From Phallusia mammillata (lineage: Eukaryota): a stretch of DNA of 64,000 nt. Below, piece after piece: positions 13,265 to 25,900 of the stretch (positions are counted from its first letter, which is position 1; each line of letters begins with the position of its first letter). A model generated the notes under the pieces. The model did not search any database, was not told where the DNA came from, and saw nothing but the letters and a program-made list of their open reading frames with translations. The stretch spans positions 16,182,001 to 16,246,000 of the forward strand of contig OZ281499.1 in assembly GCA_965637545.1 (NCBI GenBank), in the 5' to 3' direction. Both the position numbers and the translations under genes were made by a program.

Positions 13265-16200
13265 TTAATGTTTAAAAAATTCTAAAAAAACGTCTGTGTT
13301 ATGAATCATGTTGCAACAAGTTTGTAACATTTTGTCATAAATTTCCCATAGATCAAGTGCAGAGTTAACTTGTCGACTTAGAGTGCTACTATCACACATA
13401 CTTTGCTGTACATGAATACATTTTTCTATCATTATTTTCACTTTTTCCATTTCCGATATGCAAACTTGACCTAAAATGACCTGTGCATTGTTCTGAAAAT
13501 AAAACATTACACAAGTAAAACATTCTGGTGAAGGGCAACATATTAAAATATAATTTCAAACCTTGGAAAGAAGGTTAAATGATGAAGACTTAAGGTTTGA
13601 ATGCAAAACTTCATGGAGTATACTTTTCAATTCCTGTTTTGTTAGAGTGCCAGAATTTTGCCGAAGGGCAAGAAACATTACAACTGCTCTCAGTGACCAT
13701 GATGCCCCAGTGTTTTGAAATGTCAAATCTTCACACAATGTTGTAAGTTCACACATTTGTTTAAGAGTTGCCATTTTGTCTTTTCCGCCAGGAAGATGTC
13801 TAGAAAGCAAAATTCTTAAGCAAAAAAACAAATAACATCATTTTGTATGAGTACAAAAGTTAGCCTAATGAAACCCATACAAAAAATGAGTCAAAGTCAT
13901 CAAAACAAAAGAAACACAGGACAGAAATTCTAACATTGTTAAAACAGGGAAATGAGACGAAATGAGATCAAAAGGTTCATCACATCAGGATGTGGTTTTT
14001 ATCGGAACTGAAAATGCCATTAAGCAAAATATATATATTCCAAGATTATTATCAGCAGATTTCGTTGCTTGGAAAATACTTTCTATATTTAGTTACTGAA
14101 TTAAATAAACAGTGATTGTCGATGACCATGCTGTCTGTGGAAGGGTCATTTACTGTTCAGTTCAAACACTCGCATATCAGGATATTTTAACTTAAGTTCT
14201 ACTGCACCATGTCTTAAGGTCTACAACTATTAACAACAATACAAACATGATGAAGGTGTAATAAGCCATTGTGTCATGACTTTCTCTTGTCAACAAGACC
14301 AAGGTCAATAGCACTTACTGAGATATTGATTTTATACTAGTCCTTATCACATCATTCTCATTTGGTTCTTGGGGACACACAAATCCATATTCCACAAGTA
14401 GCACATCATTTCCATGAGCACTGTAGTTAATAAACACCTTCAAAAACAAAAATTTATTTGAAATAGAGATGCACCACATTAGCGTTTGGGGTAACAGTAG
14501 GATGACCGCTTCTGAAAGGCGTTCAGTTCTTTAGAAGTTGGTCCCGTTTTTTTATGTGAGATTTTGTTTACCTGACAGTAACGCTTATCTTTCAGCTGCA
14601 GTTTTGTAAGCTAGATATCAGCGGCGAAATTAGGAAACTACGAAGCTGTCGCGAAAATTATTTGTTCTTTCTGTCAATTGGACGGGTATAGAAACCGCCA
14701 AAGTCGAAAATTGGACCGGGTTTCGGTTTTGGTACTTTCGGGTTTGGGCCTGCTTACAATTTGGGACAAAGCGCTTTGCCGCTTAACGCGTCGTTTTGAA
14801 CCAGAAAACGAAAATTGGCGACAGGACAATTTAGTGGCATTTTGACCTGTCAATTACGTATTCAGTCTCGTGCGGTCTAGCACTTTTGTGGGGGAAATTT
14901 TCCAAAGCGATATAATGACGTCATTAGGGAAATTCCCAAAATAAAATGTTGGACCCCCCCCCTTCTGGATACGCCCCTGGTTTCAGCCAAATTGCAAAAA
15001 ATAATGGAGTTAAACCCGAACTTTGTAAAAATGGTCAGATTTTTGGCTAAATAAATTGGAAAAACAAATATTCTATACATCATTAATTGAAAACAATAAA
15101 GTTGAATGTATTCATACCTGGTTATGCTTCTTGACATTAGACATTGATGTTATTTCAAAACAGTCATTATTGCTGTTAAATCCAGTTTTGACCTGCACAC
15201 TTGGGGAATGATTGAGTAGATCCAAAAAAGGAACCAAGTAGTAACAATCAGCAGCACTCGGTCGAACAAATGTTTGTTTTTGTACATCATGACTGGAGTA
15301 AACACACCTAAGAATAGCAAAGTTTGCATCATTGACTAACATACAGTCAAACTAAGGCCAATCTCACCTGGTGTTAACGCAGCACCATGCCCATGTGTAT
15401 TCCTCCCAAGTAAAGTCACTACTTAGTATTTTTAGGGGTAAATTAATTTCTAATCCCCAGTTTCTTGCTTCAGCTAAAAGCTTGTTAACTTCTTGAAATT
15501 GTCTGCACACATCCAACTGCATATTAGTGACATTCTTTTGGACGGACTCAGGTAACAAAATTATAGATGAGTGACACCAGATGACTGGATGATTAAACAC
15601 TGTTGGCAAAGATGAAATGTATGGTGACCATTTGATGCTAATTTTGTTGTGTTTCCTTGCATAGTCTTGCAGGCGCACCTCCTCAATTAGAAATATACAT
15701 AGCGCTTCCACACCAGATATTGTTGATAACCCTAGAACACATTTTTTTCAGTGGTTTGTTTGGTTTACGTTAAAAAATCGCTCACATTAGCAACAAATTT
15801 TTACTCAAAATATGCTCCACAAATATAACATATACCACGCAAAAACATATTTTAACAAATAAACAATCGGAAATATATATATGCCACTAAACAGGTCAGA
15901 CACGTAATGCAACAAAACATACTTTATACAAACCTGATGGGTTTTTAGCTAACAAAAACTTTATAATGCTGGAATTTTGACAGACCTGCCTAACACCAAT
16001 CAAGACCTCCTTAGGTACAGAGATGATCACATCTCCTAAAAATAAAAATAACATTGTATAACCCCACATGACCAAAACTGCAGATTGAACCTTTTTTAAA
16101 ATTTCTTTTTGCTAAGAGTCCTCTTCCAGTGGAGTGAAATTCTGCCACACACAGTTCCTTGCATTTAAAGTTCCAGGACTTTTTCATCCATCGCAACAAG

Positions 16201-16341
16201 ACATTTTCTTGGTTTGGAACGAAATAAGAATTTCCTAATAACAGGTAAGAAAGATGACATAAACATTGCTATTTGTGTGTTTTTTCAATTACCTTTTAAT
16301 TTACGACATCTTTTTCTAGATGTTCTTCCTCGCTTTGTCAT
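13265..16341 (-). CDS. SETD4: SET domain-containing protein 4, 8 exons, 477 aa
   Basis: In-phase exons 16341-16293, 16234-16091, 16035-15934, 15731-15368, 15307-15118, 14437-14319, 13799-13562, 13492-13265. Motifs: MTKRGRTSRKRCRKL, FHSTGRGLLAKRNFKKGDVIISVP, WAWCCVNTRCVY, LVPFLDLLNHSPSVQV, VFINYSAHGNDVLLVEYGFV, GASWSL. Confidence 0.92.
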
Positions 16342-16643
16342 GTAACTTTATTCATTAATGTTTAAACACAGTAATCTGCATTTGCTATGCACAAAACATA
16401 AACAACACCATGTTAAATGTCTTAAGCCATAGCTAAACAGCATAAATGTGAACAACACATTAAATACACATGGCAATAGCCATTTTTTGAACAGAATATC
16501 AGAAGTCATAAATCTGATATGTTGCTGAACATAAATGAAAGAACTCTGAAAGTATTAACAACAAATCATTCCAGTTTTGTCACAAAGGAAAAGCATGCAA
16601 TTCCAAAATGAACATAATTAGGTACTTTTTGGATTTACATATG

Positions 16644-17165
16644 TTAATACATCATAACCATAAGGACTGAAAGTATTGTACTCAGTCCCAAAACAGTCCA
16701 TCCTGAAGTATAAACTTCTTTGATGCCCAAACCCTTAGCTTGATCCCATATAAGATGCCTTAGTCCATTGCAGGCATGAAACATGAAGGGCCAGGCGATA
16801 GTCATTTTTGCTTCAAACAAAACTGCTGATCCCAACATACTTCCATGCAAAGAACTGGCAAAAGCCAACATAGAATCAACAGTTTCTGGCCTGAGCAAAG
16901 TTGCAAATGCAAAACAGCTTGTGGCAGTGGCCATCCAAATTCCTGTGCCTCTGTGGGTTATGGAAAGCATTGATGTAAGTTGTGGAGTGTAGATCGTCAG
17001 ATGTGGGGACGTTGGACGGTTCCTTGTTTGATTTCTTGCAACATAGTCATCAATTTGTTGTTGAGCTGTTCCTGTTGTTTTGCTAGCAATGCACATGAAA
17101 GCTGGTGCTTTTTGTCGGCCCAGAGTTGTACATTGTTTGAGTGCAATTCGGGCTAACAGGGTCAT
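16644..17165 (-). CDS. SDHC: succinate dehydrogenase cytochrome b560 subunit, mitochondrial; intronless CDS, 173 aa
   Basis: Most likely start MTLLARIALKQ (ATG 17165), a transit-peptide-like N-terminus. Motifs: NRPTSPHLTIY, SMLSITHRGTG, AWPFMFHACNGLRHLIWD, EVYTSGW. The listed ORF extends further upstream, but an acceptor (ttttatcag, ~17190) suggests that part is a 5' UTR intron. Confidence 0.95.
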   Translation of the reverse strand: MTLLARIALKQCTTLGRQKAPAFMCIASKTTGTAQQQIDDYVARNQTRNRPTSPHLTIYTPQLTSMLSITHRGTGIWMATATSCFAFATLLRPETVDSMLAFASSLHGSMLGSAVLFEAKMTIAWPFMFHACNGLRHLIWDQAKGLGIKEVYTSGWTVLGLSTILSVLMVMMY

Positions 17166-17875
17166 TTTCGAGTTTTCACCTATTGCTTTTCTGATAAAAC
17201 ATGGAAAACACACTGTATTCGTATGGAACTTAGTACACCAACAGTGGCAACATTGACTAATGTACAAATACGTGGAAATGAAATAAAAAGTCTAAATTCA
17301 TTTACAAAACTGTATCGTTTTGCAAGACGCCACTCGCACAAGTTATAATTCTAAACCATTAAGTGCATGGGTTAACTGCATAAAAACGAACGTCTGAACA
17401 ATACACACGTTTACCTCACTTCCATATGCAAATGACCACAGACAAACAAACATAATAAGTCAAAATTCTTGCCAGCAATCAGCTAAACTAGCACTGAAGT
17501 TAGAACTGAGAACGTGATGATCTCGATGTTCGACATGCATGAGGTAACTCGTCACGCAAGAAAAAGCATAATATTTAGTTTTCATTTTAAAGAACTCAAA
17601 CCCATCCTTGCAATTTAGAAAAAACGCAACTACCTAAAATGGTTTCCATTGAGAAACACTGTTTTAGAATCTCATCAACAACAAGCACTAAGAGCACTTT
17701 CACAAAAACTGCAATCAGTTGAATTCCAGGTTCCAAGCAGACGTATCAGAAAGAATTAAACAACACATTAGGAACCAACTACACTACAACATAGCCTACT
17801 CGTATATACATTTTTTTGGGAACATGGTTGGCGGTTTTGCATATGCAGTTAACTTAATCGGTTTGTCGCTTATGT

Positions 17876-18400
17876 CAGGGGTCACCAAACTTTTTTCACT
17901 GCGGGCCGGATAAGTTTAATAATAGTTTAATAATAATTCGTGCGGGCCGGATAGTTTACATGCCCTAGCGCCGTCTTTGCGAACTTAGACCGCAAGGCGA
18001 TTTTGATAGGGGCGCCAAGATATGGTCTTTCTGTAATCTCATTAAAATCTGGTGATGCGACTATTAAATTGCATAGTTAGTCTCATCTTACAAGCAACGC
18101 TTGTATATTACGTCACAAGTGACCAAAGAAAGCAATGGTTTGTGCACAATTAACACTTTTAGTCTTGTTTGTGACGTAACAAACTGGCTTTGGGTCAATC
18201 CTGGGTGTTGTAATCCCATAAAACAAGGTAATATCAATTCTACATATCGCGACAGGAAAACTTTCGTAAGAAGTAGATCAATTTTTAAATGTTACAAAGT
18301 TATCAATGCGATTTGACAAACCAAAAAATGTGGTCGCGGGCCGGATGAAATGACCTCGCGGGCCGGATCCGGCCCGCGGGCCGTAGTTTGGTGACCCCTG
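17876..18400 (+). mobile_element. hAT MITE, family B, copy 1
   Basis: TIRs CAGGGGTCACCAAACT / AGTTTGGTGACCCCTG. 8-bp TSD GCTTATGT at 17868-17875 and 18401-18408. Near-identical inverted copy at 20776-21278. Confidence 0.95.
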
Positions 18401-19909
18401 GCTTATGTAATGATTTTGAATTTCACATCCATCGGCAGTGGTCCAACGTAAGGGTAAAAACTGAACTTTGGTTAATTTAATTAGTTGGCATATATTACCT
18501 TCATAAGATGTTTTTCGTTTTCATTTTCACAACCCAGCACGCGCCAAAATAGACGTCATCAATGACCCGTGTCTCGAGAAAAGGCGATCCACATACCTAT
18601 CATTTGATAAATGCAGAATAGAAAAAAACATGGTGAAAATCCCAATGAGGTAATTCTGAAACATGCCAAGTAATGTGGTGCAATATGACCCGGAAACAAA
18701 AAAATCCCTCTTGATGACGCATTGCAGCTAGGCGCTCGTAAACCGTAGCAGGTGGCAACTAGCACCGATAGCAGCAACACCACGTCATTGCTCAACGTCA
18801 GAAATGCCATTAATTACATTAATTAGGCTACCTCATAAATCAAAAAAGCAGTTTATCCTTTGTTTCTTAGAACAGCATAGCTAAATGTTAGGTTATCATA
18901 GGAACTATTCCAGCTAGACGCTTTCAAACTTTGTGGTATTATGGAAAAAAACTGCACGACCAGAAATATGCGAAGTAGCAATGTAAAATCAACTATACAA
19001 AACGCCTGTATTTGTCAATGATGTGAAATCAGGGATGCATGACTTATCATATGTAATAAAGGTTAAATCAGTGGCACAGCCCGAGCTAAATGTTTGGGCA
19101 AAATTTGTGTCTTTCTATACCATTTGGCTTAAAACATTAAAAATATGCGATTTCTAAATTGGACTGATTAGCTAACAACTAATTTAGTTTAAATAAATGT
19201 TCTTGACACCTTTTCAGGGCATTTTAAGATTTTTATAACATCACTGAAGAGTCATGAACTTTTGATGAAAATTCCAACTCTTTCAATTTGAAAAGGACTA
19301 ACATGCGTCAGCCGTTAATACCCGACTTTGCCCATTCCAATTCACTATTATTACTTACCTAAAACATATGTACCTACAGAGTACAGCTTAATATGGGCAA
19401 CAAACTAAACCGTACCAACTCAAGTAACGTACCATACGACGTAAATATGTTTTATTTATCAGCTATAGAATGCGTGCACCGATTTGGAAAGCACGCAACA
19501 GACTCGATTGTGAAGCAATAAACTTCGCTGCTTTGACGCACAAGACGCAACTCCCTTCTTCTTGCAGCTTTTACCTTCTGCGTTTCCTGACCTGAATAAA
19601 AAAACCTTGTTCAACAAGCAGTGCGTGATCGGTTGCAGTTCTTGTGGCACAGGCTACCTGATTACGGCGTTGCAGAGAGTTGTGTGCTTCTGGGGTGATT
19701 CCAAATGTAATCAAGTCTAGTTTTGACCTGGCTTCTTGCATGCACGCAAGTGAGTGCACAACCGAATTTGTATGAATCGTCTTGTAATGTTAAAGTGTGG
19801 TTCTACCTATTTTACAAAGTGTATTTGTTCAAATGTACGCCGTTTAACGAGTTCAAGGTTGTTTAGTGGTAGGTTAACTAGTATAATTTGCAAGGAATAA
19901 GTTGAAGGA

Positions 19910-22900
19910 ATGAAGACAAGCAATGTTTTGTGTCTGGTAACGGCACTTTTCATGAGTGCGAAAGGGTAAGTACTTGGTACCAAATGTGATCAAACTTAGA
20001 TGTGCTATGTGTTGTTTGCAAGTAACAGTTTGTTGAGAATTCACAACACAACCGAAAATATGTATAATACTCGTTCATTATCTCAAAACTATGTCATATA
20101 TGGTCTTAATTGGCTACGACATGTTTCTTAACGAAACGGTAGCATAAATACAGTGAATGAACGCAATGTTTGTCTTTACACATGAGAATACAACAAATCA
20201 ATTTTTGCCAATTATAATGTTTGAAGCGACGTGCTTGTGGTTTGCCGTCATTTGCTAATTGTCTGGCTGTGTGGCTTCTTTGATGTGGTATAGATCGCCC
20301 CTTTGTTGATATTGTGAAAAAATCCCTTGAGATTACAGGTATAGTGCATTGAAACATGAAAGTATCGACTGGTGCCATTGTTGTGTCACTTAAGCTCCAC
20401 ATCAATAAACATGCGGCTGATTTGTGTAGCTCAATGACACGCGCTTGCAGATTTTGCAACAAACTTGTAAGATAAGAACGGATTAAAAGCAAAGCTAGCT
20501 TCGGGCAATGGAGGCGCTCAAAGTCCCCGACTTGTAATTTTTATCCACTACAAGCACAAACAAATCGCCGCAGTTTGATTTTTATATTACACCTTTTTAG
20601 AATAATTTTAAAAATAAACAGAGAATACATTAAATTGCACGTTTTCCAATCTGACAAACACAACCCCAAAACAAGATGTATAACTACAAACACTGTTGAG
20701 ATGCATTATTCATAACAGTAGATATAATCAGCATGTACTCTAAGGGATTATGTTCATTATGATGTTCGTCTTGTACAGGGGTCACCAAACTACGGCCCGC
20801 GTGCCGGATCCGGCCCGCGACCACATTTTTTGGTTTGTCAAATCGCATTGATAACTTTGTAACATTTAAAAATTGATCTACTTCTTACGAAAGTTTTCCT
20901 GTCGCGATATTTAGAATTGATATTACCTTGTTTTATGGGATTACAACACCCAGGATTGACCCAAAGCCAGTTTGTTACGTCACAAACAAGACTAAAAGTG
21001 TTAATTGTGCGCAAACGATTGCTTTCTTTGGTCACTTGTGACGTATTATACAAGCGTTGCTTGTAAGATTAGACTAACTATGCAATTTAATAGTCGCATT
21101 ACCTGATTTTAATGAGATTATAGAAAGACCATATCTTGGCGCCCCTATCAAAATCGCCTTGCGGTCTAAGTTCGCAAAGACGGCGCTAGGGCATGTAAAC
21201 TATCCGGCCCGCACGAATTATTATTAAACTATTATTAAACTTATCCGGCCCGCAGTGAAAAAAGTTTGGTGACCCCTGGTCTTGTAGGTGATCCCAATTC
21301 CTTTCCAGAGCCATTACGACTCTTTCCGTTTCTTAGGGCAAGTTGTTCAACGGTTTCGCAAACTACTGCATTCCTATGAAATTGCCAGTTTCATATGGAG
21401 TTTTGTTAAAGGCGAAATATAGTGTAAACGCTAAATTATTTGATATGCGTACGAACCATAACGTCTCAATAATAAGGGTGGGAGTGATTTTGTCCCATAA
21501 TTTATTTGGAAATGGTTTACGTTGTTGCGACAGGATATTGGTTACAAATATTTTTTTAAATGTACAATTGTAACTACAATTTATTGCAATTGTAGTTGTG
21601 TTTTGTAAAAATGTGTCAAAAAAAGTTATTTCGCTTAATTTTTTTACGACCCGGCATAAACCTTTTAAAAGCCTTTCTCGCTTGTGGACATACGCTTTAA
21701 AATCCAAAGGCATTGGATTAGTAAAACCACCAGCACGCGTCTCCATCTAGTCCAGACATCAAAAAATCACAATAAACCTGATTTAAACCATTAAACGTAA
21801 TTCTGTATTTCATTTCAATTCGTTTCAATTCGAGGTCAAAAATAATCTAATTAGGCTATCTGTCTAAGTCAGCGGTTCTCAACCAGTGGGCCATGGCCCA
21901 CTGGTGGGCCATGGAAGCATTTTGATTGGGCCACAGACCAAAAAAAAATAGAAAGCATTTTTTAAGAATTTTCATTTGTGTCACTACACTCAATTTTACA
22001 AGAATAATGGCTTGGGGAGGAATTGAGAAGGAATGTAAATTAATTTGAATTATTCTATTTATGGTATGAAGTTACTTTGAGTTTCTGCAACCCCGTATGT
22101 TTATGATGTAATAAACTACTTTGTGATTACAATAAAGCCAGATAATAGCAGAATATCAATTGTCCAATTATTCAGTCATAACTGAAAGTGCTTGATTAAA
22201 GAAGGGAAAGTGCTGTTTTATGATTTTTTGCATTAACATATTTTGAGCTTATTATCTGTTTGAAATATGTCCTGTAGTTTTTTTTGTTCTGAACCTACTT
22301 TATAGTTGTTTCTTTCTTTCATAAAAATTTACTGGGCCACAGAATTTTTGTGCAATGAAAGTGGGCCACGAAAGAAAAAAGGTTGAGAACCACTGGTCTA
22401 AGTATTTGCGTTAAAAAAATGAAGTGGAAATTTTCCTGGCGTTAGCACACAACAACTAAAAAAACATGAATTCATATGTAGAAATCAGGTTTTAATGTGT
22501 TTTTTTTGTAGCCTCGATGTAGTTTTTGATCTCCCTGCCAAACTACGTCACGATACGACTCACAACGTCATCCTCACAACGTTCGATGCAGTGGTGGGCA
22601 GACATTTTACTGTCCGAATGTCAGTGCGAACGGATAGTGGCGTGATTTTTAACCAACAAGTAAGTCTGCTCAAATTTAGAGAGCTCTTCTGGCAATTGTC
22701 AGCCCGTTAATTGATTGTTTGGTTGTCTTCAAACTTCTGCGCTAAACATACCGTAGCACCCTGAAAGTGATTCTAGTCAAGTACGTACGTGATACACGTG
22801 GTGTTATAGCATTGATTACCTTAAGAAGCCATTTGCAGGTTAATGTCAAACACCATTCGTTTTGTTCACAGCGAAGTGTTATCGTGAGCAGTTCGGTCGA

Positions 22901-25900
22901 CACGCACCACTTTCCCCTGTCGGTGGCACCAACAACCAATCAATGTAGAGGGAGCGATGCCGCAGACACCGACGATCTTTGTGAATGTGTCATTGAAGTT
23001 TCGGTGGAGGCAAACCCGACCAGGAGTTGGAGGACCACCAAGACTGTACCTATAGCTAGAAAATTGGGTCACATCTTTATACAAACTGATCGAACGGTTT
23101 ATAGACCTGGGGACACAGGTACGCTTAGTCCAGTGGTTCCCAACCAGGGCCCATGGCCCCCCAGGGGGGCCACGAGCTGTGTTCAGGGGGGCCACAGGTG
23201 TAGATTTACCAGAAACACCCACTAAAATTTTTCCTAATTTAATCCACTATTTTGCATACTATTTCTCTATATTGAGACTTTTTTGCGAATGCGGACCCTA
23301 TTTACTCTATTCGACCTGCGTTTAAAGCCGATATTAGTATCCAATTTCCACACGAGTTTGCCATTTACATTTTAAGGGGGCCACAGGACTTACAAGCTTA
23401 CATGAAGGGGGCCACGAGGCAAAAATGACACTTTTAGGGGGCCACGGTCCATGGAAGGTTGGGAACCACTGGCTTAGTCAATAGCTTCCGAGAAAGGGTA
23501 CTAAAACTTTTTAGCAATGTTGTTAAAGTAATAATGCATAACCATTCCTGAAACAGTGCCATGCAAGCATTTATTATAAAAATGTTAACTTGCAAATAAA
23601 TGATATTCGTCTTGGCAAAAGTTTTTGTCATAAAGTTAAAACGAACTATGAATTAATTAATGTCTCTTTTTTTTGCCTTTTCACAGGGGAAAATTGCTTG
23701 TTTTGGCGTTTGCTAACATTTCCGAAGTGCTTCTTTTAAGACAAGCGTTTTAAGATAGTTAGAATGATTTTTAAATATTCTTTATTTTGCAGTCAATATT
23801 CGTTTTATTCCTGTTGATGATCAGTTGAAACCTTTGGCGTCAACGATGTCCATGTTTATTTACGTAAGTGCTACGTTTGACTTACCTAGGGATCCAATGA
23901 TTTGACCGTTTTGTACGAGGTTGCCTTCTACTGGATATTGCATACTTTACGACGAATGTGATTCGGTCAATGCAATAAAGGTTCTGCTTTGATGGAGTCC
24001 TGCTTGTCGATTACCATTCGGGACGTTATAATGTTGGTGCCAGCGCATTGAATTGCATTACCAATACCTGCATACATAAAATATGCATGACGGCATACAG
24101 ATATGCTGCATTTACCTCTTTACCAGCTGTCTCGGCTACCAATGCTATACAAATCCTTGTTTACAAATCATGGCTTAGTATTCGAGTTATATAGTCGCGA
24201 TACCCATAATTGGTGTTTCAGCCCATTCGATGACCTTTTCCTCAGATAATTCTGACCATAGTATGATACTGTTCCATCAACGGACATGCGTCAGTATTTG
24301 ACTTGCTAAACGTATGAATTAGTTTGAGCGTGTCTTGCAAAACTTTCAATAGGTTGAAACGATAAATAAGTTTTATTGTTTTCATACACAAATAGCAGTG
24401 GTGGGATTCAACCGGTTCGCATCGGTTCTGTAGAGCCGTCTCACGACATTTTATGAGATCAGCGAACCGGTTAGCATCACTAGTTACTGTCAATGGACTT
24501 TTTCTAACCGAACCGGCTGAAAAAAATGACTTTTGTGATAGAACCAGCTGAAAAAAAATTTGAATCTCACCACTGGAGATACACATGTGCCCTATACTAC
24601 AAATGTAAACACTGTCAGGCTGTGGCAATCTTTTAAATTTTTTAGCTCTTTTTTGTTTACTTGTAAAAGCATGTTTTGACACATATTAAAGTTAAGAGTT
24701 TTTTTTATTTTTATTGCATATTTAGGCCCCAAGTCCAACCCCTGGTGGGGCAGGAGTTGAAGTATGGAAGAAAAACAAAGCAGCAAGCAACGGTGTGTTT
24801 GCAAGGGATTTTAAGATACCCCAAACACCACCTATTGGTCAATGGCAAATCAGTGCACGATTTCACAAGTAAGTCCAAATATAGTTGAAATGAATGGACA
24901 TCAAATGGACTTTGAAATGTTGCATCATGCACATTGTGAAATTGTGTATCGTATTTGTGGTGAATTGAGACCAACGCAATTCAATGGTTCAATGATTTCA
25001 GTAATGTTAAAAGAGTTTGCAAGAGAAAAAAATAGCTTTTTCCAGACCCTTGCTTTGTCTTCATGTGCCAAAAATATTTGGCGGTAAAAACAAATTGGAT
25101 GCAAAGGGGTAATTGCCTTTTATTTCCCGATCTCAAAGAAGGTCTTATGAGAATCCTTTCTTTACATTTGCACAAGTCTAAATGGCGCTAATACAGCATA
25201 CTTAGATTACAAGGACACTTTAATCCAGAAAAAATAGAAAACCAATACAACTGTTTAATGTAAAAGGCATGCCTCAACTACACGTTTTTATTTAGCTTAA
25301 TGATTTTATTTAGGATATTTCGTCTATCTTTTCCTAAACTTTGCTGAATATATTTTTTTATGAATGGCGTACGGTAGGCTTCCTGAAACCGGCTTCTTAA
25401 TTTTATGAATGAATGTACATGAAAAGAGTTGAAACAGGAAGGTGTCAATCATGTAATACACATCTTGTTCAAGGCCTTCCTTTAGCCATATACTGTACCA
25501 ACAGCAAGTAATGCTTTCATTACCGGCATTGCATTCATACGAAAAAATACAATACTTTCTAAGTAATCATTGTGTTGTGTTGTTAATGCTAAAACACTAT
25601 GCACATGTGGCACTCTTCTAGGGCATTATTGTACGCTATTGGGTAGCAATAGGCCGTGTAAGACTTACTTTGATTTATAACAAATAATTTGGTATGTACC
25701 GACCTTTTAACATATGCCTTTTTTGCCTATGTTTTTGTAGCCGTCAAGTAGACCAAACTCAATTTGAGTCGACATTTTTCGTGCAAGACTACACGTTGCC
25801 AACCTTTGATGTGAAAGTCGAACCAAACAACCCGTTTATTTTGCCTCACGAACCAAGATTTCAGATGCGAATATCTGCAAGGTAAACCGTTTTCTGGTAT

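Noticed and set aside
14248-14321. ATGATGA...CTGA C/D-box-like pair in a SETD4 intron
   Set aside because: Antisense to the host gene and no terminal stem.
18559-18810. Minus-strand ORF with a signal-peptide-like start (MAFLTLSNDVVLLLSVLVATCYG)
   Set aside because: No splice support or recognisable domain; it lies in the likely regulatory region between SDHC and the C3-like gene.
19244-19290. CTGAAGA...GAAA hammerhead-like motif upstream of the C3-like gene
   Set aside because: Weak stem II, poor stem III and no stem I pairing; probably chance.
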